A stretch of 63,963 nt of DNA, the filler included, from Octopus bimaculoides (taxonomy: Eukaryota): the NCBI RefSeq assembly GCF_001194135.2. It is 6 parts of 6 records of this genome, joined end to end, with 100 filler letters (N's around TTAATTAATTAA, not from the genome) between each part and the next. Parts side by side here need not be neighbours in the genome. Positions count along the whole stretch, not along the records: positions 22,223 to 37,914 come from NC_068985.1; 5 more parts are not named here. One strand, written 5' to 3'. Shown here one piece after another: positions 25,495-37,576 of the stretch. The position numbers were made by a program, and so were the translations under genes. A model generated the notes under the pieces. That model saw only the letters and a list, made by a program, of their open reading frames with translations, had not been told where the DNA came from and did no database searches. Each line of letters begins with the position of its first letter. Position 1 is the stretch's first letter.

Positions 25495-26397
25495 ATCTTT
25501 TACTTGTGTCAGTCATTACACTGCGGCCATGCTGGGGCGCTGCCTTGAAGAATTTTAGTCAATCGAATAGACCCCAGTGCTTATATATATATAAGTACTT
25601 TTACTTTTTTTCCAGGCTCCTACTGTCGAACCGCTAAGTTACGGAGACCATAAACATGCCAACGCCGGTTGGCAAGCGGTAGTGGAGGACAAACACACAC
25701 ACATCCACATATTGTGTGTGTGTGTGTGTGTGTGTGTGTATTTTCTAGGTTTTATTTTACTTGTTTCAGTCATTAGACTGCGGCCATGCTAGGGCACTGC
25801 TATTTTAGTCGAGCAAATCGACACCAGTACTTCGTTTTTGTAAAGCCTGGTACTTATTCTATTGATATCTTTTGCCGAACCGACACANNNNNNNNNNNNN
25901 NNNNNNNNNNNNNNNNNNNNNNNNNNNNNNNNNNNNNNNNNNNNNNNNNNNNNNNNNNNNNNNNNNNNNNNNNNNNNNNNNNNNNNNNNNNNNNNNNNNN
26001 NNNNNNNNNNNNNNNNNNNTATATATATATGTATATATATATATATATATATTAGAAGGTTTGGAGGTGATGTACAGATATTATATATTAGAAAAAAATA
26101 GGGTATTCAGAGATCTGGATGGTTGTACATATACAAATATTTATCAACATGTCATATGTTTTTCCAAATCACATATAAGAGCTTTCATCTACTCTAATAG
26201 ATTCTTCGAAGAATCTATTAGAGTAGATGAAAATATGGGATTTGTAAAATCATGCGGCAGGTTCCTTTTAGTTTCCACTCACTCATAAGGCTTTGGTCCG
26301 CCCTGCGCTAAAGTAGAAAACGCACAGAGTACCACGCATTGGGACTGAACCCGAAACCATGTGGTTGGGAAGCAAATTTCTTACCACACAGCCACAT
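25495..26397 (-). mobile_element. SINE family A fragments (25495-25700, 25755-25887, head 26278-26397)
   Basis: Tail motif cagtcatt.gactgcggccatgct and head motif gggactgaacccgaaaccatgtggttggg. Confidence 0.8.
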
Positions 26398-26654
26398 TTA
26401 CGTGCATGAATGTATAAATGGTTGTATGCATATTGTGTATCCGCTTGCGTAGCTAGAGTGTCTGTCGCCCAGGGCGGCCCTTCCGTTTGCCGCCCCCGGA
26501 CCCTACAAAAAACACATAATGCTTACAGCAGACCCAAAAGTGCCGCCACTACTGCTCTCCCCCCAGCTACGGTAGTGTCTGTATCTATAGAAATATTAAC
26601 CTTGTAATTTAAATATATATGCATGTGTGTGTATATGTCTGCGTATTTGTAAAG

Positions 26655-26960
26655 TAAAGGATAAAAGCCCTCTGCGGCCATGACTGACCATGGGATCGCA
26701 CCTACAAAGTTACCCTCCGAGGCACAAGTCCGGGTAAGGTTGTTCATGGAAGACCAGCAGTTTACCCATGCATACCAGTCTTCCCTCTGCACGGGACCGA
26801 TGTTTTCCAAGAGAAAGGCAAAGTCCGGTACAGCTTGGCACCAGTGACTCGTTGCCACTCATTTCTACGGCTGAGTGAACTGGAGCAATGTGAAAAAAAA
26901 GTGTCTTGCTCAAGAACACAACAAACAGCCCGGTCCGGGAATTGAACTCACGACCCCATG
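26655..26960 (-). mobile_element. SINE with C head/core but a different tail (tail F)
   Basis: 26860-26960 equals the C core; 26655-26850 is unrelated to tail 1. Confidence 0.75.
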
Positions 26961-27808
26961 GCTGTATGTCTAGAGACTAGTGTATACTGCTGCGTGGCTC
27001 TGTATTGTAATTGCATTGTCTTTTATTTCAATTAATTTCAAGTATATCTTGTATGCTTTATAGAAATATTAAACCGACTGTTGTTTCTAGCAGGCGGGGA
27101 GACCCTCTGTGCGATGTTATGACGCTTGCATTTGTTTGTTTGTGTGTGTGTGTGTTAAAGCGACATATTTCTCTGATAACTGGAAACGGTTGAAATATTT
27201 GAAAATAGAATGTGTCTATTATGTGTGTGGCGTGTATAATCTACGTATAATAATCTCATTCAACACTCGCATCATTATATATANNNNNNNNNNNNNNNNN
27301 NNNNNNNNNNNNNNNNNNNNNNNNNNNNNNNNNNNNNNNNNNNNNNNNNNNNNNNNNNNNNNNNNNNNNNNNNNNNNNNNNNNNNNNNNNNNNNNNNNNN
27401 NNNNNNNNNNNNNNNNNNNNNNNNNNNNNNNNNNNNNNNNNNNNNNNNNNNNNNNNNNNNNNNNNNNNNNNNNNNNNNNNNNNNNNNNNNNNNNNNNNNN
27501 NNNNNNNNNNNNNNNNNNNNNNNNNNNNNNNNNNNNNNNNNNNNNNNNNNNNNNNNNNNNNNNNNNNNNNNNNNNNNNNNNNNNNNNNNNNNNNNNNNNN
27601 NNNNNNNNNNNNNNNNNNNNNNNNNNNNNNNNNNNNNNNNNNNNNNNNNNNNNNNNNNNNNNNNNNNNNNNNNNNNNNNNNNNNNNNNNNNNNNNNNNNN
27701 NNNNNNNNNNNNNNNNNNNNNNNNNNNNNNNNNNNNNNNNNNNNNNNNNNNNNNNNNNNNNNNNNNNNNNNNNNNNNNNNNNNNNNNNNNNNNNNNNNNN
27801 TATATATA

Positions 27809-27940
27809 GGCGCAGGCGTGGCTATGTGGTAAGAAGCTTGCTTCCCAACCACATGGTTCCGGGTTCAATCCACTGCGTGGTACCTTGGGGCAAGTGTCTT
27901 CTACTTGTCAGTGGACTTAGTAGACGGAAGTCTCTTTCTT

Positions 27941-28008
<68 letters not shown>

Positions 28009-28195
28009 TTACAACGTGTGTATTTATGCGAGTGTGTCTGTGTTTGTCCCCTACCCTATCGCTTGCCAACTGATGATGTGTTTACGTCCCCAAAAGAGCC
28101 TAACGGAATAAGTACTAGGTTGATTTCTTCACCTAAAACCCTTTAAGGTGGTGCTCCAGTATGGCCACAATCAAATGACTGAAACAAGTAAAAGA
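27809..28195 (+). mobile_element. SINE family A, interrupted by (CT)(AT)(GA) microsatellite
   Basis: Head at 27809; tail ggtgctccagtatggccacaatcaaatgactgaaacaagtaaaaga. Confidence 0.9.
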
Positions 28196-28269
28196 ACATA
28201 TATATGTATACATATATATACACATATATATACATATATATACATATATATACACATACACACATATAT

Positions 28270-28455
28270 ATAGTAAATCCCAAAAAGAACAAACAGCAAT
28301 GCGAGGATGTGGTACATGTGAAGTATTAGCAGATGCTCAGGGAAGGAAAGAAAGATGGTTTAACGTTTCGAGCAGACGCTCTTCTTCGGAAACAGAGAGT
28401 CCAATAGAAGGAAAAACGGAAAAAGAAAATCACCAACAATTCACATGTGGTTACA
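28270..28455 (-). mobile_element. Family H repeat (Penelope-like terminal repeat type) with hammerhead-like motif
   Basis: Homologous to 54030-54200; reverse complement of 28365-28389 is ccgaagaa-gagc-gtct-gctc-gaaac, followed by gtt. Confidence 0.55.
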
Positions 28456-28608
28456 TTTTGTTATGAATGCTAGAAAGCAACTGATGCTCTCCCTGGTCTT
28501 TCCAAGAGAATTTTGTTTTTCATTGAAAAGGAATTTGAAAGCACTGAGCCACTGGATCATTTGTTCATAGGAAATGTATGCACATACATAACATGTAAAT
28601 TTATATAA

Positions 28609-28790
28609 CCTTTTAGTGTTCAGATTTACTCTATTAAGTCCTTACTTATTCACATTGTTTTGAATCATTCATGTAGCTTCAAGATTTTGATGATGTGGTA
28701 GGGTAGGTGTGAAAGGCCAGATCTGACTTGTTTGAACATAAAACAGGTAAAATATTTTGGCTGGTTATGGCTGGTTTAAATGCTAAAGGG
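28609..28790. mobile_element. piggyBac-type MITE, decayed
   Basis: Ends ataa|ccttttag ... ctaaaggg|tgaa resemble degraded TTAA|CCCTTTAG TIRs with a TTAA TSD. Confidence 0.5.
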
Positions 28791-29120
28791 TGAAACTGCA
28801 ATAATCAAGAATTCATTAATCTGGCAGCAATGATCATTACAGGACAGTGACATGAACCTGGCAAACATGATTTGCATAACACTTGCCTGATTAGTTATCT
28901 TGGCCCATAGTATATAGGTCAGTCAGAGCTGATTTTCAGTGGTAAGATGCTGTTATACTGCCTTTAACCATTTTGATACCAACCATTCTGAGACTGTCTG
29001 TTTGAAAGTGATCTTAATTAAAACTGTTCATTAAAATGTCACGCTAATTTACTTACCAAACAAAGGCAGTATATTTCAACAGATATATGATAAAAATAGA
29101 GTTAAAGTGTTTTTATCATT

Positions 29121-29230
29121 ATGCGCTCTTTTTCAAGCCTAGCCAGGCTCATGGCCCCGTTTTCCCGGTTTCTATGGCATATGCGTTCACCCCAGCTGGA
29201 CGGGATGCCAGTCCATTGCAGCGTTACTCA
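29121..29230 (-). mobile_element. SINE tail E (same as 59782-59890)
   Basis: agccaggctcatggccccgtttcccggtttctatggc...ggacgggatgccagtccattgcagcgttactc. Confidence 0.8.
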
Positions 29231-29420
29231 ACATCGCTTGACCACCGATGCTAGCGTGTTTACGTCCCCGTAACTTAGTGGGTAGGCAAAAGAGACTGAT
29301 AGAATAAGTACTAGGCTTACAAAGAATAAGTCCTGGGGTCGATTTGCTCGACTAAAGGCGATGCTCCAGCATGGCCACAGTCAAATGACTGAAACAAGTA
29401 AAAGAGAATAAAAGAGAACA
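29231..29420 (+). mobile_element. SINE family A, 3' half
   Basis: acatcgcttgaccaccgatgc...gtcgatttgctcgactaaaggcgatgctccagcatggcc...aaaagagaataaaagag. Confidence 0.9.
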
Positions 29421-29439
29421 TACACAACAAATTTGAGAA

Positions 29440-29508
29440 AAAAAATTATAGTTAATAAATGAATTATAAGCATTTTAAAATAGGGAGTTTATTTTCAATC
29501 ACCCTGTA
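29440..29508. mobile_element. Solo Tc1/mariner-like terminal fragment
   Basis: Ends gggagtttattttcaatcaccctg|ta, the reverse complement of TA|CAGGGTG, a typical Tc1/mariner terminus. No partner TIR seen. Confidence 0.35.
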
Positions 29509-30745
29509 TACACCTGTGTGTGTTTATGAAACAAATGTATGCATGGTAGGGAGAAGAAGTTATGACTGCAGGAGATGACAGTGTGGAGACGTTGGTAGAG
29601 ATAAGAAATGGAGGGAGGGGGAGAGGAGAGGGAGAAAGAGAAGGGAAAAACGAGAGAGAAAGAAGTTTGCATGATAAAGATAGGAAGGAGATACCAAGGA
29701 ACTTGGGGTCCACTGGAGAAGATTGTGTGTGTGCGTGTACACATTAATGTACACACAGATACAAGCATACATATATATATATACACACACATGTAAATAC
29801 ACAGACAAAAACATATANNNNNNNNNNNNNNNNNNNNNNNNNNNNNNNNNNNNNNNNNNNNNNNNNNNNNNNNNNNNNNNNNNNNNNNNNNNNNNNNNNN
29901 NNNNNNNNNNNNNNNNNNNNNNNNNNNNNNNNNNNNNNNNNNNNNNNNNNNNNNNNNNNNNNNNNNNNNNNNNNNNNNNNNNNNNNNNNNNNNNNNNNNN
30001 NNNNNNNNNNNNNNNNNNNNNNNNNNNNNNNNNNNNNNNNNNNNNNNNNNNNNNNNNNNNNNNNNNNNNNNNNNNNNNNNNNNNNNNNNNNNNNNNNNNN
30101 NNNNNNNNNNNNNNNNNNNNNNNNNNNNNNNNNNNNNNNNNNNNNNNNNNNNNNNNNNNNNNNNNNNNNNNNNNNNNNNNNNNNNNNNNNNNNNNNNNNN
30201 NNNNNNNNNNNNNNNNNNNNNNNNNNNNNNNNNNNNNNNNNNNNNNNNNNNNNNNNNNNNNNNNNNNNNNNNNNNNNNNNNNNNNNNNNNNNNNNNNNNN
30301 NNNNNNNNNNNNNNNNNNNNNNNNNNNNNNNNNNNNNNNNNNNNNNNNNNNNNNNNNNNNNNNNNNNNNNNNNNNNNNNNNNNNNNNNNNNNNNNNNNNN
30401 NNNNNNNNNNNNNNNNNNNNNNNNNNNNNNNNNNNNNNNNNNNNNNNNNNNNNNNNNNNNNNNNNNNNNNNNNNNNNNNNNNNNNNNNNNNNNNNNNNNN
30501 NNNNNNNNNNNNNNNNNNNNNNNNNNNNNNNNNNNNNNNNNNNNNNNNNNNNNNNNNNNNNNNNNNNNNNNNNNNNNNNNNNNNNNNNNNNNNNNNNNNN
30601 NNNNNNNNNNNNNNNNNNNNNNNNNNNNNNNNNNNNNNNNNNNNNNNNNNNNNNNNNNNNNNNNNNNNNNNNNNNNNNNNNNNNNNNNNNNNNNNNNNNN
30701 NNNNNNNNNNNNNNNNNNNNNNNNNNNNNNNNACAGCCACACCTG

Positions 30746-30808
<63 letters not shown>

Positions 30809-31334
30809 CTGGAGTAAAACAATTTCAACCTAGTTGGAAATCTACACAAGAAGAAGCTATCTTGTCCTCCTCCTCCTCCTTAACCATTCCCATCATCTCC
30901 TGTGTTTTGATGTTTTATTCTTTAATGTGAGATAAGGGAAAGCGAGGAAGAGGACTTTGGCACAGGAGGAGACAGACAGCAGACAGGGGGGAGGGGTGGG
31001 GGGAAGGATTCTTCCCTTAATTCTCTCCATCATTCTGTGTACACCAGCGAAAAAAGGGGGAATCTAACATGTATATATTTACACACACACAATTATACAT
31101 ACACGCACATATATACACACACACATATGTACACACACACGCACACACATATACACACACACACACATACACATATATATGTATACACACACATACGAGG
31201 AAGAGTCAGAAAGTAATGCCATTAAAAACCACATTACTTTTTGAACCACTTTTATGTGTGTGTATGCATGAATGTGTGTATGTCTGTGTACACATATACA
31301 GCTATATGCATACACATGTATGAGTATGTATATA

Positions 31335-31560
31335 TAGTCCCTCTCTTTTACTCTTGTAATTGTTTCAGTCATTTGACTGCGGCCATGCTGGAGCACCACT
31401 TTTAGTCGAGCAAATTGATCTCAGGACTTATTCTTTGGAAGCCTAGTACTTATTCTATCGGTTTCTTTTGCCGAACCATTAAGTTACGGGGACGTAAACA
31501 CACCAACATCGGTTGTCAAGCGATGTTTGGGGGACAACCACAGACACACAAACATATACA
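31335..31560 (-). mobile_element. SINE family A, 3' half
   Basis: Reverse complement of the A tail. Confidence 0.9.
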
Positions 31561-32289
31561 CGCATATACTAAAACCCTCAAGTTAGTACCCCAGCATGGC
31601 CACAGTCCAATGACTGAAACAAGTTAAGTGTAAAATATCATTGCAAGTCATCATTTGATGTCCATCATACATGCTGGTATGGGTTGGTCAGTCTGTCGGA
31701 ATCTGATGAGCTGTGAAAAGTGGGTTTGGGCAGAGTTAATTTAAATGACCCATGGTATTCCGCTGGTATTGACTTCAGTTAATCCCAATGGCAGCAAAGA
31801 CAAAGTGAAACAATGAAATTAGAGAGAATTAGCAATGGTGGCCACGACCAAAAGCTAATGAAAATGATTATGTTAACTCTTGTTCTTTTCTCATTTATTA
31901 AGTGATATCATCATCATTTAATGTCCATTTTCCATGCTGACATGGGCTGGACGGTTTGACAGGAATCGACCAGCCAGAGAGCTGCACCGTGCAACAATTT
32001 TCCATACCTGAACATGCCTCCACATTATTGAACATCATCAATATCAATCTGTGATTGTGCATTAATAAATTTAAAAGAACACTATCATTAGGCACTAATT
32101 ACATTTGGGCATGGAAAAAGCTGTGTGATGAAGCCTCCTTTGCAAACATGTGGTTTTGGGTTCAATCCCATAGCACGGTACCTTGAAAGTACAATAACCT
32201 CAAATTGAGTGATGGCTTGTGAAAGAGTTTTAGTAGGTAGAAACTGTGTGGAATACTGCTTAAGCATCCCGAGAGAAAGGTTGGGCATA

Positions 32290-32980
32290 AGAGGCATCAG
32301 ATGTGGTGTTGTAGAGAGACGACTGCACTGGTATGGTCGTGTGATGTGTATGGACGAAGACAGCTTTGTAAAGAAGTGCTGATCTCTAACTGTGGAGGGA
32401 ACCCTGTGGTAAAGGTAGACCTAGGAAGGAATGGGACAAGGTGGTGAAGCATGATCTTTGAACTTTGGGCCTCACAGAGGTAACAACTAGTGACCAAGAC
32501 CTTTGGTGATATGCTGTGCTTGAGAAGACCCGCTCAAGACAAGTGAAATCGTAGTCATGGTTACGGTGTCACTTAAATGGCACTCGTGCCTGTGGCATGT
32601 AAAAAGCACCTTTCGAGAGTTGGGTCTCATGGAGGCAAAGGGGTCAATGCTGGTGGAATGTGAAAAAGTACTTTTCAAGTGTTGGGCTTTATGGAGGCAA
32701 TGACGGGGACCTTTGGCATTATGCCGTGCTTGAGAAGAAGACCCATCAAGCCAAGAAAAATAGCAATCATGGCAGATGCTGGTATCACATAAATGGCACC
32801 TGTCCTGGTGGCACATAAAAGCACCCACTACACTCTCGGAGTGGTTGGTGTTAGGAAGGGCATCCAGCTGTAGAAACTCTGCCAGATCAGACTGGAGCCT
32901 GGTGCAGCCCTTCCAGCTTGCCAACCCTGGTCAAACCATCCAACCCATGCCAGCATGGAAAGCAGACATTAAATGATGAT
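32290..32980 (+). mobile_element. RTE-like LINE 3' end with long repetitive 3' UTR and (TGA)n tail
   Basis: Decayed translation IRCGVVERRLHWYGRVMCMDEDSFVKKC*SLTVEG..GRPRKEWDKVVKHDL; ends cagcatggaaagcagacattaaatgatgat. Confidence 0.8.
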
Positions 32981-33575
32981 ACATAATTCAAATTTACAGA
33001 AAAGACGAAGACAGGTGTGGAAAGAACAAGCAGGTGTATTAGCTTAACGCTTGGGAAGAATGGTAAAGTCTTTGCTCTTCGATAAAAAGGGATGAGAGGG
33101 GTGATAATGGAGATAGAAAAAATGTGTAGGGACCAACAGTTCAACATGATGTGTGCGTCTTCCGCGAAACGAAGGCCTTGCTTTACTGTGCAACGGCCCA
33201 AAAATTGCTCACTTCTTTTGCTTGGCTGTACGCCATTATACGTACACACACCGAAAGATCGCAAGATAATGTAATTTTCGATATGCTATTTATAATTAAA
33301 TAAAAAATGGAATGGTCACGACTGGAACGCCTTTGATTGCCTAGTTGTTGCTCTGTATCTGAACAACATTATTATCACAATCTGCTCGCGCCTCCACACT
33401 ATAATCCCAACATTATCATGAAATACTATCAGACGCTCACATTAAATAAACAACATTATCAGAAACCAGCGAGGGCATTTTAACGTAGTCGCTCAATGTG
33501 CTAGAAATAGCAGCCACAGTGTTAAAAAAAAAACACGGGTGATTGTTTTTCTAGAGAGAATGTATTTACTTTTTC

Positions 33576-33625
33576 GGCATAACTACAGAGTTGTACCCAC
33601 CAGACTACAACTCTGTAGTTATGCC
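33576..33625. mobile_element. 50-bp mini-MITE: perfect 20-bp TIRs, 10-nt spacer, 8-bp TSD
   Basis: ACTTTTTC|ggcataactacagagttgta-cccaccagac-tacaactctgtagttatgcc|ACTTTTTC. Confidence 0.85.
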
Positions 33626-33634
33626 ACTTTTTCT

Positions 33635-34000
33635 ATGCCTTGTTTTAGTCATTGGACTGCGGCCATGCTTGGACACCGCCTTGACTGGTTTTAGTTAAAC
33701 AAATCGACTCCTGTCCTTTTATTATTATTAGTCTGGTACTTATTTTGGTATTCCATTAGTAGTTTTTGCAGAACCGCTAAGTTCTGGGGACGTAAATAAA
33801 CCAACACCGGTTGTCAAGCTACATGGCCACACACACACACAAGGGCCTTCCATACAGTTTCTGTCCCCCCCCCAAAAAAAAAAATCCGTAAGTCTATTCG
33901 CAAGACATTGGTCGACCCAGGGTTTTAGTAGGAAAGACCGAGCAGTAGGACCGAACCCGGAACCTCGTGGTTACAAAGCGAACTTCTCAACCACACTCAT
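33635..34000 (-). mobile_element. SINE family A, decayed, near full length
   Basis: Tail at 33635-33820; head ggaccgaacccggaacctcgtggtt...aaccacactc. Confidence 0.8.
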
Positions 34001-34025
34001 GTCAGCGTCTACGGAAACAAACTGA

Positions 34026-34077
34026 TGCGTCGACCGAGAGTCGAACCCGAATCGGCAGCTTGGAAAATAACAATGCT
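34026..34077 (-). pseudogene. 5'-truncated tRNA-Gly(TCC)-derived pseudogene
   Basis: Reverse complement AGCATTGTTATTTTCCAAGCTGCCGATTCGGGTTCGACTCTCGGTCGACGCA aligns without gaps to the 3' 52 nt of metazoan tRNA-Gly(TCC) as I recall it. The 5' acceptor strand and D-arm start are missing and the anticodon stem is mismatched. Confidence 0.7.
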
Positions 34078-36405
34078 GTCTGGGAAAACACACAGACAAA
34101 AAAGGCAGTTGAATGCCTATGATCATTGGTCTACTCGATGAAGACCANNNNNNNNNNNNNNNNNNNNNNNNNNNNNNNNNNNNNNNNNNNNNNNNNNNNN
34201 NNNNNNNNNNNNNNNNNNNNNNNNNNNNNNNNNNNNNNNNNNNNNNNNNNNNNNNNNNNNNNNNNNNNNNNNNNNNNNNNNNNNNNNNNNNNNNNNNNNN
34301 NNNNNNNNNNNNNNNNNNNNNNNNNNNNNNNNNNNNNNNNNNNNNNNNNNNNNNNNNNNNNNNNNNNNNNNNNNNNNNNNNNNNNNNNNNNNNNNNNNNN
34401 NNNNNNNNNNNNNNNNNNNNNNNNNNNNNNNNNNNNNNNNNNNNNNNNNNNNNNNNNNNNNNNNNNNNNNNNNNNNNNNNNNNNNNNNNNNNNNNNNNNN
34501 NNNNNNNNNNNNNNNNNNNNNNNNNNNNNNNNNNNNNNNNNNNNNNNNNNNNNNNNNNNNNNNNNNNNNNNNNNNNNNNNNNNNNNNNNNNNNNNNNNNN
34601 NNNNNNNNNNNNNNNNNNNNNNNNTATATATATATATATATATATTATAGATACATAGTTGATATAAGTTATTTTAAACAGAGATATACAGATATATAAA
34701 TATGAATTCAGTGCGTGTAATATATACATTTTCTATATATAAATACATACATATACGTACAATAACACAAAATGCATGTGCGTATATACATGCATATCTA
34801 TGCGTGTGTGTGTGAGTATTTAATGTGTGTATACATGTATGCATATATATTAGCTATTTTACATGCACGCACACACACATATATATGTACAACACCCACG
34901 CAATACAAACAGACATATATAAATATATCCATGTGGATATATAATGTGTGTATACATACATACATATATTCATCTATACATATACGTACAACACCCACGC
35001 AATGTAAACATACACACACGTATGTAAATATGTATATACATATCTAAGTATGTATAGTTATTTAAATACATGTCTCCCTTTAATTATACAAATACAGGTT
35101 ATATATACACAGATTATACGCACACACTAAACATTAGGAATACATGTACATGCATATAATACTTGGGTAACGCGGGCATATATGTTAAAAGCATATTATT
35201 ATTATATATACATATATACACACATACACAATGAAAGCCGCTTATTATTATAATAGATAATGATAGTTGTTATTTTTATCAAAACTGTTTTCTTAGTGAT
35301 CAACCGGTTATTGTTATCTTACAAGGTTTCGTCCCCCAGTGGTGATAATAAGCGAATTCCGTTGTATGTACGTGTGTGTGTGTGTATATATATGTATAAA
35401 CATAAACATAGACGTATATATTTTGTTATAGGGGTAATCAAAAGCACACCTCACCTTTTTTACGTATGATTTTTTTCCCGCTATATATATATATATGATG
35501 TATATTAATATATATATATATATGTGTATAGACACACGCAAAGATCGATATGAACGTCTATATAGTTTTTAAAAGTTTCTTGCTGGTGTAACTTTTGGTT
35601 AAAACAATAATATATACACTTTCTTTTGTGGTTTAATTAATAATTATTATTTTGGACAAAGTCAGTCGTATTTTCCCTGGTATTTGTTGTTTAAAATAAA
35701 CCACTTGTGACAAAATAACAGCGAAGACGTGAAACTAAACAATATATATCTATAACATATATATGTATTTTTCTGTCTACATCTATAGAGGTTTCTGACT
35801 TGTTTTAATCAAGGCAAAACAATCACTAAAATATATTTTCCTGTTTCTTCCTCGTTGCTTGTCTCTGTCTTCTTTCTGGTAAAGCGTATAACAAATAATT
35901 GTCTTCAGAAATTTTCGTTAAGCGTGTTTCTGTCGTGGTACTACAGTACCTAAACCTTCGTAAAAAAAAAGTTTTAAGGGGTTGTTTTTGCAGTGAGAGG
36001 GATAATATATATATATGTTATGTATGATAATGGAGAAGATGAAGAAATGGGAGCTAGAAACTTAAGGGCAGAAAGGGAGAACGGAGGGGAGGACACACAA
36101 AAAAGAACAGTTTAGGCTAATATGAGAGTCAACAAGTCCTGTCAACTAGTTTGAAAGTTAAATAGCTTAGCTGTGTTAGACTGCAGAGGTAAAATTTGAA
36201 CTAGATAATGCTACCTTCAGTTGTGTAGAAAATAATTAAAACAGCCTATCTTTTTTCTGTAGAGTATATATATATACATACATATATGTAGCTATCTTTT
36301 ATATTGTGTATATTTATAAAGTAGAGTATCCTACACGCGTGTGTGTGTATACATATATGACGTAAAGTATATATATATTTTATTTGAATATAAACGGTAC
36401 ACGTG

Positions 36406-36440
<35 letters not shown>

Positions 36441-36865
36441 GGTCCCCGAGCACTCTCAGGCGAAACTGAGTAGCAAGAGACTAACTCGCCTAAATTTAAA
36501 TATTATCTCGAGTGTGGTACCGAATACTTTTTTTCTTTTTTTTCCAAAAGTCAACACGAAACGGATGTGTTCGAAAACTTGCGTAGTGTTGTGTACGAAG
36601 TCAGTTCAGAGATAACTTTTTTTTTATATCTATAACATTTACAAGGAAAATAATGTTAAGCTAGATTTAATAAACTATTAAAATATTAATGTCAAATAAC
36701 ATATAAAAAAAAAATTATTACAATTATTATAATTATTCAGCTTGGTTATAAAACTATTTTTGTTAGGCAAGCGTGGTTTTCTAAATAATTATGTGATATT
36801 TTGTTTGAAAAAAAAAGAAAAGAAAAACCTTATTGATATAGGTATATATAAATATATAATTAATG

Positions 36866-36907
<42 letters not shown>

Positions 36908-37224
36908 NNNNNNNNNNNNNNNNNNNNNNNNNNNNNNNNNNNNNNNNNNNNNNNNNNNNNNNNNNNNNNNNNNNNNNNNNNNNNNNNNNNNNNNNNNNNN
37001 NNNNNNNNNNNNNNNNNNNNNNNNNNNNNNNNNNNNNNNNNNNNNNNNNNNNNNNNNNNNNNNNNNNNNNNNNNNNNNNNNNNNNNNNNNNNNNNNNNNN
37101 NNNNNNNNNNNNNNNNNNNNNNNNNNNNNNNNNNNNNNNNNNNNNNNNNNNNNNNNNNNNNNNNNNNNNNNNNNNNNNNNNNNNNNNNNNNNNNNNNNNN
37201 NNNNNNNNNNNNNNNNNNNNNNNN

Positions 37225-37266
<42 letters not shown>

Positions 37267-37481
37267 TGTGTCACTATATAAGGGAGAGAGAATTGCATAT
37301 ACGTAGATGAAGCAATATATCTGTGTTTGAGTGAGAGATAGAGTGAGGAAGGAAAATGTGTGATGTATGTAGATATAAATGTATGTAAATATATGTATGT
37401 GTGCGTAATATTTCTCTTGTTGTTGTTATAAAAGTTCTCCTTGCTCAGTCTTACTGTCTTCTTCTCTTCCTTTTTCCTTAG

Positions 37482-37576
37482 ATGATCCAAAAAATACAAA
37501 GTTTAAAGAATTAGCCAGTTTCCGCCGCCGCCTTCTTAAAACACGCAACTTTTTTCAAGCCTTATCCGAAATGTAA
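37482..37576 (+). CDS. Candidate terminal coding exon, product unknown
   Basis: Very strong acceptor cttcttctcttcctttttccttag|. The phase-1 frame reads DPKNTKFKELASFRRRLLKTRNFFQALSEM*. No upstream exon or poly(A) signal established. Confidence 0.3.

Noticed and set aside
35835-35880. Signal-peptide-like IFSCFFLVACLCLLS before a gtaaag donor
   Set aside because: An in-frame TAA lies immediately upstream with no ATG or acceptor.
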